A stretch of 64,000 bases of DNA, taken from positions 62,001 to 126,000 of the forward strand of contig QPMI01000015.1 of NCBI GenBank assembly GCA_004431415.1. Direction: 5' to 3'. A model generated the notes under the pieces. It worked only from the letters and a program-made list of their open reading frames with translations, ran no database searches and was not told the origin of the DNA. The DNA comes from Cyanophora paradoxa CCMP329 (Eukaryota; Plantae; Glaucophyta). The translations under genes were made by a program, and so were the position numbers. Every line of letters starts with the position of its first letter. Position 1 is the stretch's first letter. This document shows positions 13,311 through 22,279 of this stretch, one piece after another.

Positions 13311-13865
13311 CCCGGTAACTCGGCGGTAAGGTAATCGGAGCCTACGGTGGAGTATAAAAGGGCCACTGACTTGCCGCGCGCGTCAGTTGGGTCCGGGGAA
13401 GGGCATGTAACCGCGGCGTATCCGAAGATCTAGATGCAGAGAGCAGGGACTTAAGCATAAGCTTAAGCTTAAGAAGGCGCGCGGTGCACGTGGGCGGGCG
13501 AGCCGCCGGGCCGGCTCCGAGGCTGGCCATGCCAGGCGAGCTGTCCTCGCGATCGAGGCGAGCTGTCCTCTAGAGGTAGGTAGGCCTCAGTGCCTAGCTA
13601 TATAGAGCGCGGGCCCCGGGGGCGGGGGATGGCTCGCAGATTGAACCTTGTATGGACGTGCTCGACCTCCTGCGCATGCCCCGCGCGCGGTCGTCGCGCG
13701 CGTGAGGCGTGGCGGGTGCACGAGTGCGCATGTGCTGCGGGTGCGTCACGGCCGCGGCGTGGCGCGGAGGCGCGCGCGCGGCGCCTAGGCCTAGGCCTAG
13801 GGGCTGGCGCGGCCGGCGCCTAGCTATAGGCCTCCGCGCGATCTGGGCGCGGGCGCGGGGACGCT

Positions 13866-14158
13866 ACACATAGAGAAACGCGGCGTTTAAACCCTCGGCT
13901 TATCTTAATTGATCTTGTTTATATCTCTCGTATAATTTATATCAATCAATCGATAATCTGTGTGAAATCTATCGAATTCTTTAATATTTTGAATTTTGTG
14001 TAATTTATTGATAATTTATTGATGTTCTATTGTAAATTTATCTTAATTTCGATTTGTCTTACTTAAATCAATCTTGAATTTGTATAAGTTTCCGAATAAT
14101 ATAACTGGATCTTAATTAGATCTTGCCTCCGGTTTAAACGCCGCGTTTCTCTATGTGT
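13866..14158. repeat. 293-bp terminal unit bounded by perfect 28-bp inverted repeats (mirrored at 36182-36474)
   Basis: ACACATAGAGAAACGCGGCGTTTAAACC at 13866-13893 and its reverse complement at 14131-14158, enclosing a very AT-rich core. Confidence 0.92.
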
Positions 14159-14304
14159 GATTTTAACGCAATAAACGCGATTAATATGTATTTTATGCAA
14201 ATTCGATATAATCTCGATTGACGGAACATAAATTTGTGATATAATCACGATTGAAGTAGTCCACCGCCCATTCTATCGTAAAACGCAAAAATTCACACAG
14301 AGTT

Positions 14305-14850
14305 GCATTATGTCCAATTAAACAATCGATGAGATTGCGGCGTATTTTGTTGGAAGAGATGGTTACTGCATTATGTCCAATTAAACAATCGATGAAATAT
14401 CGGATGAAAATAATTCACTCGTTACGGCATTATGTCCAATTAAACAATCGTTGAGATTGCGGGAAACAAAAATGACCCCAGAGTTGCATTATGTCCAATT
14501 AAACAATCGATGAAATATCGGATGAAAATAATTCACTCGTTACTGCATTATGTCCAATTAAACAATCGATGAGATTGCGGCGTATTTTGTTGGAAGGGAT
14601 GGTTACTGCATTATGTCCAATTAAACAATCGATGAGATTGCGGTTCGATTTTTACTGTATCAAAAATGACCCCAGAGTTGCATTACGTCCAATTAAACAA
14701 TCGATGAGATTGCGGTTCGATTTTTACTGTATCAAAAATGACCCCAGAGTTGCATTATGTCCAATTAAACAATCGATGAGATTGGATTCTGTTTTTTACT
14801 GTATCAAAATTGTGTTTCAAGTGTAACATGTCCAATTAAACAGTCGATAA
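14305..14850 (+). repeat. Interspaced direct-repeat array in the left TIR: 8 copies plus 1 degenerate copy of GCATTATGTCCAATTAAACAATCGATGA
   Basis: Copies start at 14305, 14368, 14427, 14486, 14545, 14608, 14680, 14752 (degenerate ~14823); spacers 35, 31, 31, 31, 35, 44, 44, ~43 bp. Confidence 0.92.
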
Positions 14851-14855
14851 TCAAT

Positions 14856-14927
14856 GTGTAACAGGTGAATCCCAACGTGTAACAGGTGAATCCCAACGTG
14901 TAACAGGTGTAACAGGTAAATCCCAAC
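14856..14927 (+). repeat. Tandem 21-bp GTGTAACAGGTGAATCCCAAC iterons at the inner TIR edge
   Basis: Copies at 14856 and 14877, plus a variant at 14898-14927; the same motif forms the arms of the internal hairpins. Confidence 0.85.
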
Positions 14928-14945
14928 GTATGTTATAAATATACA

Positions 14946-15677
14946 ATGCCGCCGAAACGTAGAGGTGTTCCCGCTGGTGCTATGTCATATTCCGGCGGTG
15001 AAAGTCATGGATCTCTCAACACTACACCGATGAAATTCAACGGAATGAGCGAAGTGAAACCATCGCAACAGGAAGAAGACCCCTTAAATGCGGCGTATGA
15101 AGAAGCGCCCGGTGATAAAGCGCCGCAAACCTCCCAAAGTGAGCAACTGAACATTTCACCGGAAGTCTCGAAGATGAAGGCGGTCGGTGAAGGTGCGCGC
15201 CGGATTATCGGTGCTGCCGATGATCGTGAACTTGGTCTAAAAGATCTTTCACTCGCTCGCAAGGGTGAAGGTGTTTCCAAAGAATCCGACAAAGTAATTC
15301 AATCGATGGCTGGTGAAGTTACTTACAAGGTTGCGCCAACTCAAAACATCCACCGAATCCCGAAAGCGCAATGGGATGAGATGACCGCTAAATTAAAGGA
15401 TCTCGAAGCGAAATCAAGCGCTCTGGAACAGTATGTAACCGAGAAGAAGGAGAGATCGAAAATCAAGGAAATGCTGCGCAAAGAAGTATTCCGAATGGGT
15501 ATTACCGGTCTTCCCGATAAGCAGTTTATTGGTAAGAAGGAGACTCAAATTGATGAACAAGCGGTAGATGAGTTGAAGACAAAGACCCAAAAGGGAACAG
15601 TTGAACCTGGCGCAACCAAAGCGGAAGTCGACAAAGGTGTAGCTCCCACAGCATACAAGCGGAGAGTTTGGCTTTAA
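14946..15677 (+). CDS. Element hypothetical protein, 243 aa (basic N-terminus, predicted coiled coil)
   Basis: Clean ATG ORF just inside the TIR; MPPKRR start is NLS-like; K/E-rich helical stretch. Confidence 0.75.
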   Translation: MPPKRRGVPAGAMSYSGGESHGSLNTTPMKFNGMSEVKPSQQEEDPLNAAYEEAPGDKAPQTSQSEQLNISPEVSKMKAVGEGARRIIGAADDRELGLKDLSLARKGEGVSKESDKVIQSMAGEVTYKVAPTQNIHRIPKAQWDEMTAKLKDLEAKSSALEQYVTEKKERSKIKEMLRKEVFRMGITGLPDKQFIGKKETQIDEQAVDELKTKTQKGTVEPGATKAEVDKGVAPTAYKRRVWL

Positions 15678-15703
15678 TTATATATTGTTTAAAGAGGGAA
15701 TCA

Positions 15704-15922
15704 ATGGAGTTTCTGAAAAAGATCATTGAGATGTTTGAGATGCATTGCGTAACCGATTGTCACAATGACTGCTGCGATACGAAATTCGAAATGGATTTCT
15801 CAGATGGTGGAAGCGATGGAGGGCGAAGGCAATCGCAAGATTCGATAACAACTGAGACAGTCACCGTTACGGAAACTGAGACTGTCCGTCGCCGATCGTT
15901 TTCGCATAACGATCATAAATAA
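15704..15922 (+). CDS. Element small Cys-rich hypothetical protein (72 aa from ATG 15704)
   Basis: MEFLKKII...HCVTDCHNDCCD; packed tightly after the previous ORF. Confidence 0.6.
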   Translation: MEFLKKIIEMFEMHCVTDCHNDCCDTKFEMDFSDGGSDGGRRQSQDSITTETVTVTETETVRRRSFSHNDHK

Positions 15923-16127
15923 TATCTTTGGTTATGGTATCGAATGCTCGAAGAGATCTACGCCATCATACTATCGAAACGACAGATTTACGCCGTTAAA
16001 TCTGCAATTGAAGAACGTAGACACCAACTGGCTTTGGTCACCAAAAAATGACACCATAAACTACTTAAAGACGTAACGCATAATACAGAGTGGTAAAAGA
16101 TTTTCTCAACTATATATAAAGTGGAAC

Positions 16128-16364
16128 ATGGCGACTGTAATTCATATAACCGAAGACATGATTAGTGTTATCGAATTCGGCGAAGAAGAAGAGGAGACCC
16201 GCGCCAATTACAAGATGAGAGATGCTCTCAGGAAGCGAACGCTCTACAACGAAGACCCGGTTTATCGGGAGTATAAGAAGGCGCAATCGCTCGCTTCATA
16301 TTATCGTCGTAAGGAGCGGGAGGGAATTGAAAACAAGTCGCGGGGACGTCCACGAAAGTATTAA
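16128..16364 (+). CDS. Small basic protein with C-terminal AT-hook, likely DNA-binding
   Basis: Ends SRGRPRKY (RGRP AT-hook core); preceded by TATATATA. Confidence 0.7.
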   Translation: MATVIHITEDMISVIEFGEEEEETRANYKMRDALRKRTLYNEDPVYREYKKAQSLASYYRRKEREGIENKSRGRPRKY

Positions 16365-16570
16365 GGGAAATCCCCATTTGACCGCTGAACCCAATTACTC
16401 ATTTTTCGAGCGGTCTATCGATATGCTTCGATAGATCCGTTACCATCTCCCGATTGCCGTTTTTGGTAATTGGCGAGATATCAAGCACTTAAAGGTTAGC
16501 CGCCAAAAAATGACAGGAATCCGGAGAAACTCTTTTCTCTATCATAGATAAGACACCCCCGATTATCGAG

Positions 16571-18392
16571 ATGAACGCTGCCGCCAAGAAATCCCTGAAA
16601 CGCCTTGTTGATTGGCTTCGTGAAGACGATGTCCGGTCTGAGAATATCGTAATCCCCGTCGATCCCGATACCAAAAAACCCCTCTTCGCCCATAAAGACG
16701 GATCGTGGACTTGGGATAAATTCGATGAAGCCCTGAAATCCGGTAAGTATACTGCTTGGGGCATTCTCGCTCGCAACATCGTGGTTATCGACTTCGACCA
16801 AGAGGAGGATTTCGCCAAATTCGAGGAGGAATATCCCGATGATTTCGGTGGTGTCAATCCTCTTGCTAAAACCAAAAAAGGATATCATGTTTACTTCTCT
16901 CGTCCTGCTGACTTCGATACTGTTAAGCTCTGGGATAAAGCGGGTGCTTTCAAAGGTTATCCTAAGATTGACTGTAAGACAGTTGCATCCACTGGAACGG
17001 CTGGTTTGATTAACGTTTCCCCAAGCCCCGGTAAAACTTGGATCAGAGAACCATGGGCGGAAGGCTGTGAGTTGATCGAACCGAGTGCTGAACTCCAAAA
17101 GTGGATGATTGAAAACTACCTTTTTCCGAAAGGCGGACACTCTTCTATTGATAGGAGCATTGAAGAGGATTTGCAGAAACACATTCTCCGGAAACTTGAA
17201 GAATTCGGTTTCATCTTACCCACAATCATTAATGAGACCGAGAAGGGTTACAGTTACGGAATCTGGGAGATGGATGAGACCGGGAAACGAATCTATCTGT
17301 GTTTGAGTTGCAGGGTTTGCCCGGCTTATCTTCAACGTGCTGTGCAATTCGCTCAGAGAGCGCTTCGTGATGAAGAGAATCGTGCGTCTTTGGAGGAGAG
17401 ATCACAGGTTCTTCTTGGTATCGCAAAGAAACTCAAACAGACTAATTACCGAACTTCTCTTCTGTCTGATCTCACAGTTCTGATGAACGATAAGACATTC
17501 TTCGAGAGACTTGATACTGTTACCAATGTGATTGGATTCACAAATGGCGTGTTTGATCTGAATTCTATGACTTTCCGAAGGGGACTCCCAGAAGACATGA
17601 TCAGTAAGACTGTTGGTTATGATTATTGCCCCGAGGTGGATTCTGTGAAAGTCGCCAAGATCCTTTCCATCTACTCTGACATCATCGAAGAGGAAATTGA
17701 GCGCAATTTCGTGATGGGTTCGATCGCTTTCTCTCTGAGTGGTCGCACAGATATTCAAAAGTTAGATCAAAGAGATTACAGGTGGTAACGAGATGAAGGT
17801 TCGCGCCCTGTTCAAAGATCCTGTTACCTACATTCCTATGGGTCAAATCTTCTTATCGACGAATGAGAACCTGGGGATGAGTAAACCCGATGCTGCGATT
17901 TACCGGCGACTCTCTTACTATCGTTTCTCTTGTGTCTTCAAGCCCAACCCTCAACCTGGTGAGAAGAAAGCGGATACTTCGCTTATGTCCATCATGAATG
18001 ACGACGAATACAAGATGGCTCAAATGTCGATCTTCTTGGACATGTGGAAGAAACAGGATCTTGCACAGCTGCTGATGAATCCGCCACAGTCTATCATCGA
18101 TCAGGGACTTGAATACTTTAATGATAACGATAAAATCGGGGAATGGCTCCGCAGCACTTATGAGAAGACCGGAAGCCGAAATGATTTCATTTCGAGTGAA
18201 TCTATCATTGCTGGCTATCGTTCTGTTGATGATAAAACCGATGCCACGAGTATTGGAAAGCGAGTCCGCGAAGTCTTTAATGTGAAGTCTGAAACTGTTC
18301 GAGAAAGAGGTCAGGTGAAGCGTGGTTACTTCGGACTGAAAAAAAAGATTATGATTCAGGACGACGACGACGACGTAGAGGCTCCCAACTAA
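16571..18392 (+). pseudogene. Prim-Pol primase / D5-like SF3 helicase, split into 16571-17788 and ~17766-18392, with the Walker A/B region missing
   Basis: Prim-Pol motifs VVIDFD and GYHVYF; D5_N-type IGFTNGVFDL...GLPEDMISKTVGYDY. The second frame reads IKEITGGNEMKVRALF...LSTN...AIYRRL. No GxxxxGK[ST] lies between SLSGRTDIQK and IKEITGG. Confidence 0.82.
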
Positions 18393-18459
18393 TTACAACA
18401 AAACATACTATTCTTACTGATAATTCATACTTTTTTTATAACCTTACTGAAAACAGTAA

Positions 18460-18551
18460 GTGTAACAGGTGTAACAGGTAAATCCCAAACTTTGCTCCTA
18501 GGGAGGTGAAAATCCGAAAACTTTGGGATTTACCTGTTACACCCGTTACAC
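18460..18551. promoter_or_regulatory. GTGTAACAG hairpin 1 (30-bp arms, 32-nt loop): candidate replication origin or 3'-end signal
   Basis: GTGTAACAGGTGTAACAGGTAAATCCCAAA ... TTTGGGATTTACCTGTTACACCCGTTACAC, 68 bp downstream of the helicase ORF; the structure is clear, the function is inferred. Confidence 0.7.
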
Positions 18552-18611
18552 CGAATAAAAAATAAAAAATTGACTGGTGATTTAAAAATTGAACGTGTGT
18601 CTCAGTTGAAA

Positions 18612-18770
18612 ATGAATAACGTCAAAATGAACCAATCAATTGTGGAAGGTGATTTGGAAGAGGTTGCAAAGTTCATAAAGTATAATTGTGGTATCAATAA
18701 CAGGCGGAAGAGAAACTATGTTACTATATATATTCCAAAGGAAACAACGGTGAGAATCATTAGAACTTAA
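18612..18770 (+). CDS. Small hypothetical protein (52 aa)
   Basis: ATG ORF filling the gap between hairpin 1 and pPolB. Confidence 0.4.
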   Translation: MNNVKMNQSIVEGDLEEVAKFIKYNCGINNRRKRNYVTIYIPKETTVRIIRT

Positions 18771-18812
18771 TGCGTTCAAACTCCAAAATAAAAATGTTCC
18801 TTTATAGCAAAG

Positions 18813-21800
18813 ATGCCCCGCCAAACGAACAGACTGATCAAAGAAAAGAAAAATGAAATACTTGGATTGTTAGGAACTCTCTTAGTTACCGGTGAGATAA
18901 CCGAAGCGGAATTCGATAGAGAAGCCACCATCTTAGATAGACGACCGCGATTAGGACAACTCACTGAGATTGCAAATGACCTCTACAATCGCATGCAGAG
19001 GATGGAGGAGTTCATGGATGAAGGACAGAGATTAGGAGCAATTGACCCGGACATTGAAGATGGTCAAGCAATGAATCAAGCGTATTCGTGGTTGACCTAT
19101 CGCGCCCGAAACGAAGTTGTCGTGGATGCTATCGAATTCCTCGAAAGAATCGCACCAAGTCTACCGCAACGCATTAGAACCCGCTTAGATCAACTGAGAG
19201 CGGTTAAAGTCCGTCTTACTTTCGTTTGCAAATTCACCAAAGTAGGTAATCCGCGCATCTATATCACCAAATTCATTTACAGCGATTATTTCGTAATTAC
19301 CCGATCCCGCAACATAGACACAGAAGTTCGCAAAGCGTTACAGAAAATGCAAGAGGAAATGACGCAAGTGGATAGTTACCGTTTGGAGAAGATCGAAATA
19401 CTTAGAGGCATTATCATGTCTTATGCACCTGTGGGTGGTTGTTATTTCGCAACTCCGGAATGGATCGCATCCAAGAAGGCAACAGTGAATGTTAAGAATA
19501 TTGACGGTCAAGATTGCTTCAAGTATGCGATTTTGGCTTACCTGCATCGAAAGGACATTAACAAACACAAGAGCAATGAACCAAGCCAATACCGCCGATG
19601 GTTAAATGAACTCAATTTCGATGGTATTCAGTTTCCCATTGCATGTGATGCTGAGGTAATCGATCGTTTCGAAGAACTAAACCCCGATCTATCTATTAAC
19701 ATTTACGGAGCCGATAACGCCAAAGAGTGTTTCTTTCCTCTCCATCAATCAAGTAACCCAAGGAGAAAGACCAAGATAAACCTTTTACTTATCGAAAACA
19801 CCGAAGATGATCGGGGACACTACATCACTATCATGTCTTTTAGTCGTCTTCTGAAAACTACGTTTGATAAAGCATGTGATGGTCGCATTTATTACTGTGA
19901 AACCTGCCTGTCACGTTTTAGAACTCAGGAGAAATTAGACCTGCATGTTGAATCGAATCGCTGCATTGATTGGAGGGAGAGCAAAGGCAAATGCCCGAAG
20001 GCGGGAAGCGTAATTGAATTCGGTCTGCAACATCTACGTAAAACTGTGTGGCTTCCTGTGATCTGTTATGTTAAAGTTGAAGATCATTCAGTTGCTATCG
20101 ATGCTCAGAGGAGTAAACGTGAGATTAAAGCGGTTTCACTGAGAGTGGTAATGGGAGAAGAAGTGAGAGCATACCATTTCGAGGGAACCGATCCACTTGG
20201 TTCTCTCTTTGCTACTCTCCAAGATATCAGACCCGAAATCGTTGAGACGCTGTTTAGAAACATTCCCATGCATCCACTCACAGATGATCAGAAGGCGGAA
20301 TACAAGGTAACAAAACACTGTTACATTTGCTCTCAGAGATTCACCCACGAAAACTTCCCGGTTCGCGATCATTGCCACCAATCCGGCGATTTCATCGGAA
20401 AGGCATGCCGAAACTGTAACCTCCACAGGCGCATCTCAAAACAAACCAAAGTAGCTATCGTGGTCGATCACATGGATGAATGCGGGCATGGAATATTCCG
20501 CAAAATCGCCCAACAAGACGATAAACTACGTGTTGAGATTCTAAGCAAGAATTTCGATCAATACCTATCGCTTCAATGGGGCATGTGGAAGTTCATCGAT
20601 GCTTCCCATTTTATGGATTTCCAATCTGTTGATGTCGGCGATTTAATGAGAAAGTTTGAAGCATTCCGCAAATTGGCGTTTTCTCAATATGGATTGGATC
20701 CTGCACATTATGTTAGCGCACCGGGTCTCTCTTGGGACGCTATGCTCAAACATACGAAAGTTAAGATTGAACTAATCGATGATGTAGAGAAATACGAATT
20801 TGTTGAGAGAGCCATTCGCGGTGGATTTGCAACCATGCCCACACGATACGCAAAGGTAGAAAACCCCGACGATCATATAGTATTGTTGGATGCGAATAAT
20901 CTTTATGGGTATGCACTCAGTCAACCACTACCTATCGGAGATTATCGATGGGAAGACATCACAGAGGCACTTAAAGAGGTAGAGGGACGAAGCGCATTTA
21001 TTGAAGTTGATCTTGAATACCCCACAAACCTTGAAGATCATTACGATTTCCCACTGATCGTGAATAAAGAAGTGATCACCACTGAGATGCTTGGTGATTA
21101 TCAACGAAACCTATTAGATCTGACGGGCGAAAAGATCAGCAAAGACCCCAAACTTACGGCGACATTTACTCCCAAGAATAAATACGTGATTGCTCGACCT
21201 CTTCTTAATTACATCGTTAAGAAGGGTGTCGTTTTAAAAAAGATACATAAAGTTCTCTCATTCGCTACTTCCCCATTCATGAAATCATATATTGGTCTGA
21301 ATACTCTACTCAGGCACAAATCTACTAACCATTTCGAAAGCGACTTCTTTAAACTCATGAACAATGCGATTTATGGTAAATGCTTGGAATCTTGCAGGGG
21401 TCGCTCAACTGTCAAGATCGCTAACAGTGAGAAACTCTGTAAGAAATACGCAGCAAGTCCGCTTATCAAGGCGACCAATGTATTAAACGAAAATGCCGTT
21501 GCCTTTGAGATGTATTCGAAGCATGTTAATTTAGATAAGCCCGTAGCAATTGGCGCTTTTGTATTGGATTTCGCGAAACTCCATAATTATCGGTTCTTCT
21601 ATGATGTGGTAAGGAAGAAGTGGGAAACAGCTAAACTACTGTTCCACGATACAGATTCGTTCTGTCTGTTCCTGAAAACGGATAATCTAAACGAAGATAT
21701 GAAAGAGATAGGTGAGTTTCTCGATAGGAGCAATTACGATAAATCCCATCCTCTCGTGAGTATCAAAAACCGCATGGTTCCCGGTAAATATAAGAATGAG

Positions 21801-22094
21801 TTTCCAAACGCAAAGATCATGGAGTATGTGGGTCTGAGATCGAAACTCTATGCTTTCAGAACTGAGACCAACGAAAGAGTAAAGATGTCGGGGACTTCCT
21901 CGAAAGAGGTTCATTTTGACGATTTTAAGAGATGTCTGTTCGAAGGCATCATAAAAACAGTATCAGTAACAAACAAGCGAAGGCAAGACCACAACTTATA
22001 TGACTTGGAGAGCAGAAGGGTCGCTCTAAACCAACTCGATAGCAAACGGAAGATATCAGCCGACGGCATTCACAGCATTCCATTTGGTCTTTAA
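18813..22094 (+). CDS. polB: Protein-primed family B DNA polymerase (Polinton type) with vOTU-like protease, Zn finger and endonuclease VII-like insert
   Basis: Motif A LDANNLYG, motif B KLMNNAIYGK, motif C FHDTDS. Also DCFKYAILAYLH...GHY (Cys/His dyad), YCETC...H, and CYIC...VRDHCH...ACRNCNL. Confidence 0.96.
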   Translation: MPRQTNRLIKEKKNEILGLLGTLLVTGEITEAEFDREATILDRRPRLGQLTEIANDLYNRMQRMEEFMDEGQRLGAIDPDIEDGQAMNQAYSWLTYRARNEVVVDAIEFLERIAPSLPQRIRTRLDQLRAVKVRLTFVCKFTKVGNPRIYITKFIYSDYFVITRSRNIDTEVRKALQKMQEEMTQVDSYRLEKIEILRGIIMSYAPVGGCYFATPEWIASKKATVNVKNIDGQDCFKYAILAYLHRKDINKHKSNEPSQYRRWLNELNFDGIQFPIACDAEVIDRFEELNPDLSINIYGADNAKECFFPLHQSSNPRRKTKINLLLIENTEDDRGHYITIMSFSRLLKTTFDKACDGRIYYCETCLSRFRTQEKLDLHVESNRCIDWRESKGKCPKAGSVIEFGLQHLRKTVWLPVICYVKVEDHSVAIDAQRSKREIKAVSLRVVMGEEVRAYHFEGTDPLGSLFATLQDIRPEIVETLFRNIPMHPLTDDQKAEYKVTKHCYICSQRFTHENFPVRDHCHQSGDFIGKACRNCNLHRRISKQTKVAIVVDHMDECGHGIFRKIAQQDDKLRVEILSKNFDQYLSLQWGMWKFIDASHFMDFQSVDVGDLMRKFEAFRKLAFSQYGLDPAHYVSAPGLSWDAMLKHTKVKIELIDDVEKYEFVERAIRGGFATMPTRYAKVENPDDHIVLLDANNLYGYALSQPLPIGDYRWEDITEALKEVEGRSAFIEVDLEYPTNLEDHYDFPLIVNKEVITTEMLGDYQRNLLDLTGEKISKDPKLTATFTPKNKYVIARPLLNYIVKKGVVLKKIHKVLSFATSPFMKSYIGLNTLLRHKSTNHFESDFFKLMNNAIYGKCLESCRGRSTVKIANSEKLCKKYAASPLIKATNVLNENAVAFEMYSKHVNLDKPVAIGAFVLDFAKLHNYRFFYDVVRKKWETAKLLFHDTDSFCLFLKTDNLNEDMKEIGEFLDRSNYDKSHPLVSIKNRMVPGKYKNEFPNAKIMEYVGLRSKLYAFRTETNERVKMSGTSSKEVHFDDFKRCLFEGIIKTVSVTNKRRQDHNLYDLESRRVALNQLDSKRKISADGIHSIPFGL

Positions 22095-22279
22095 TATACT
22101 TGCTCAATACTTCTCTTTTTATTTTTTCGATCTCCAAGTAGCAGTAAACCACGGATCAGATGCAGCAACCATATGCACCTTAAACCGGGGTCGTTTGGAT
22201 CGATCGCAAAGTAGTTTGGTTTTGGGTGTTCTGTCCAAACCGGCTCGTCCATTATTAATATATTGAAAATAAAGTAAAG

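Larger units (their letters stand above)
13866..14926 (+). repeat. Left terminal inverted repeat (1061 bp)
   Basis: Reverse complement of 35414-36474; the only difference I noticed is at 14082 vs 36258 (T/K change in the mirrored 61-aa ORFs). Confidence 0.96.

Noticed and set aside
14063-14826. ORFs inside the TIRs (61 aa and 85 aa, mirrored at 35514-36277)
   Set aside because: They are translations of the repeat array and AT-rich end; duplication is explained by the TIR and no domain is recognisable.
14305-14850. Calling the TIR array a bona fide CRISPR locus
   Set aside because: Spacers are repeated and share halves, no cas-like ORF is visible, and the context is a eukaryotic element TIR; kept as an unexplained repeat array.
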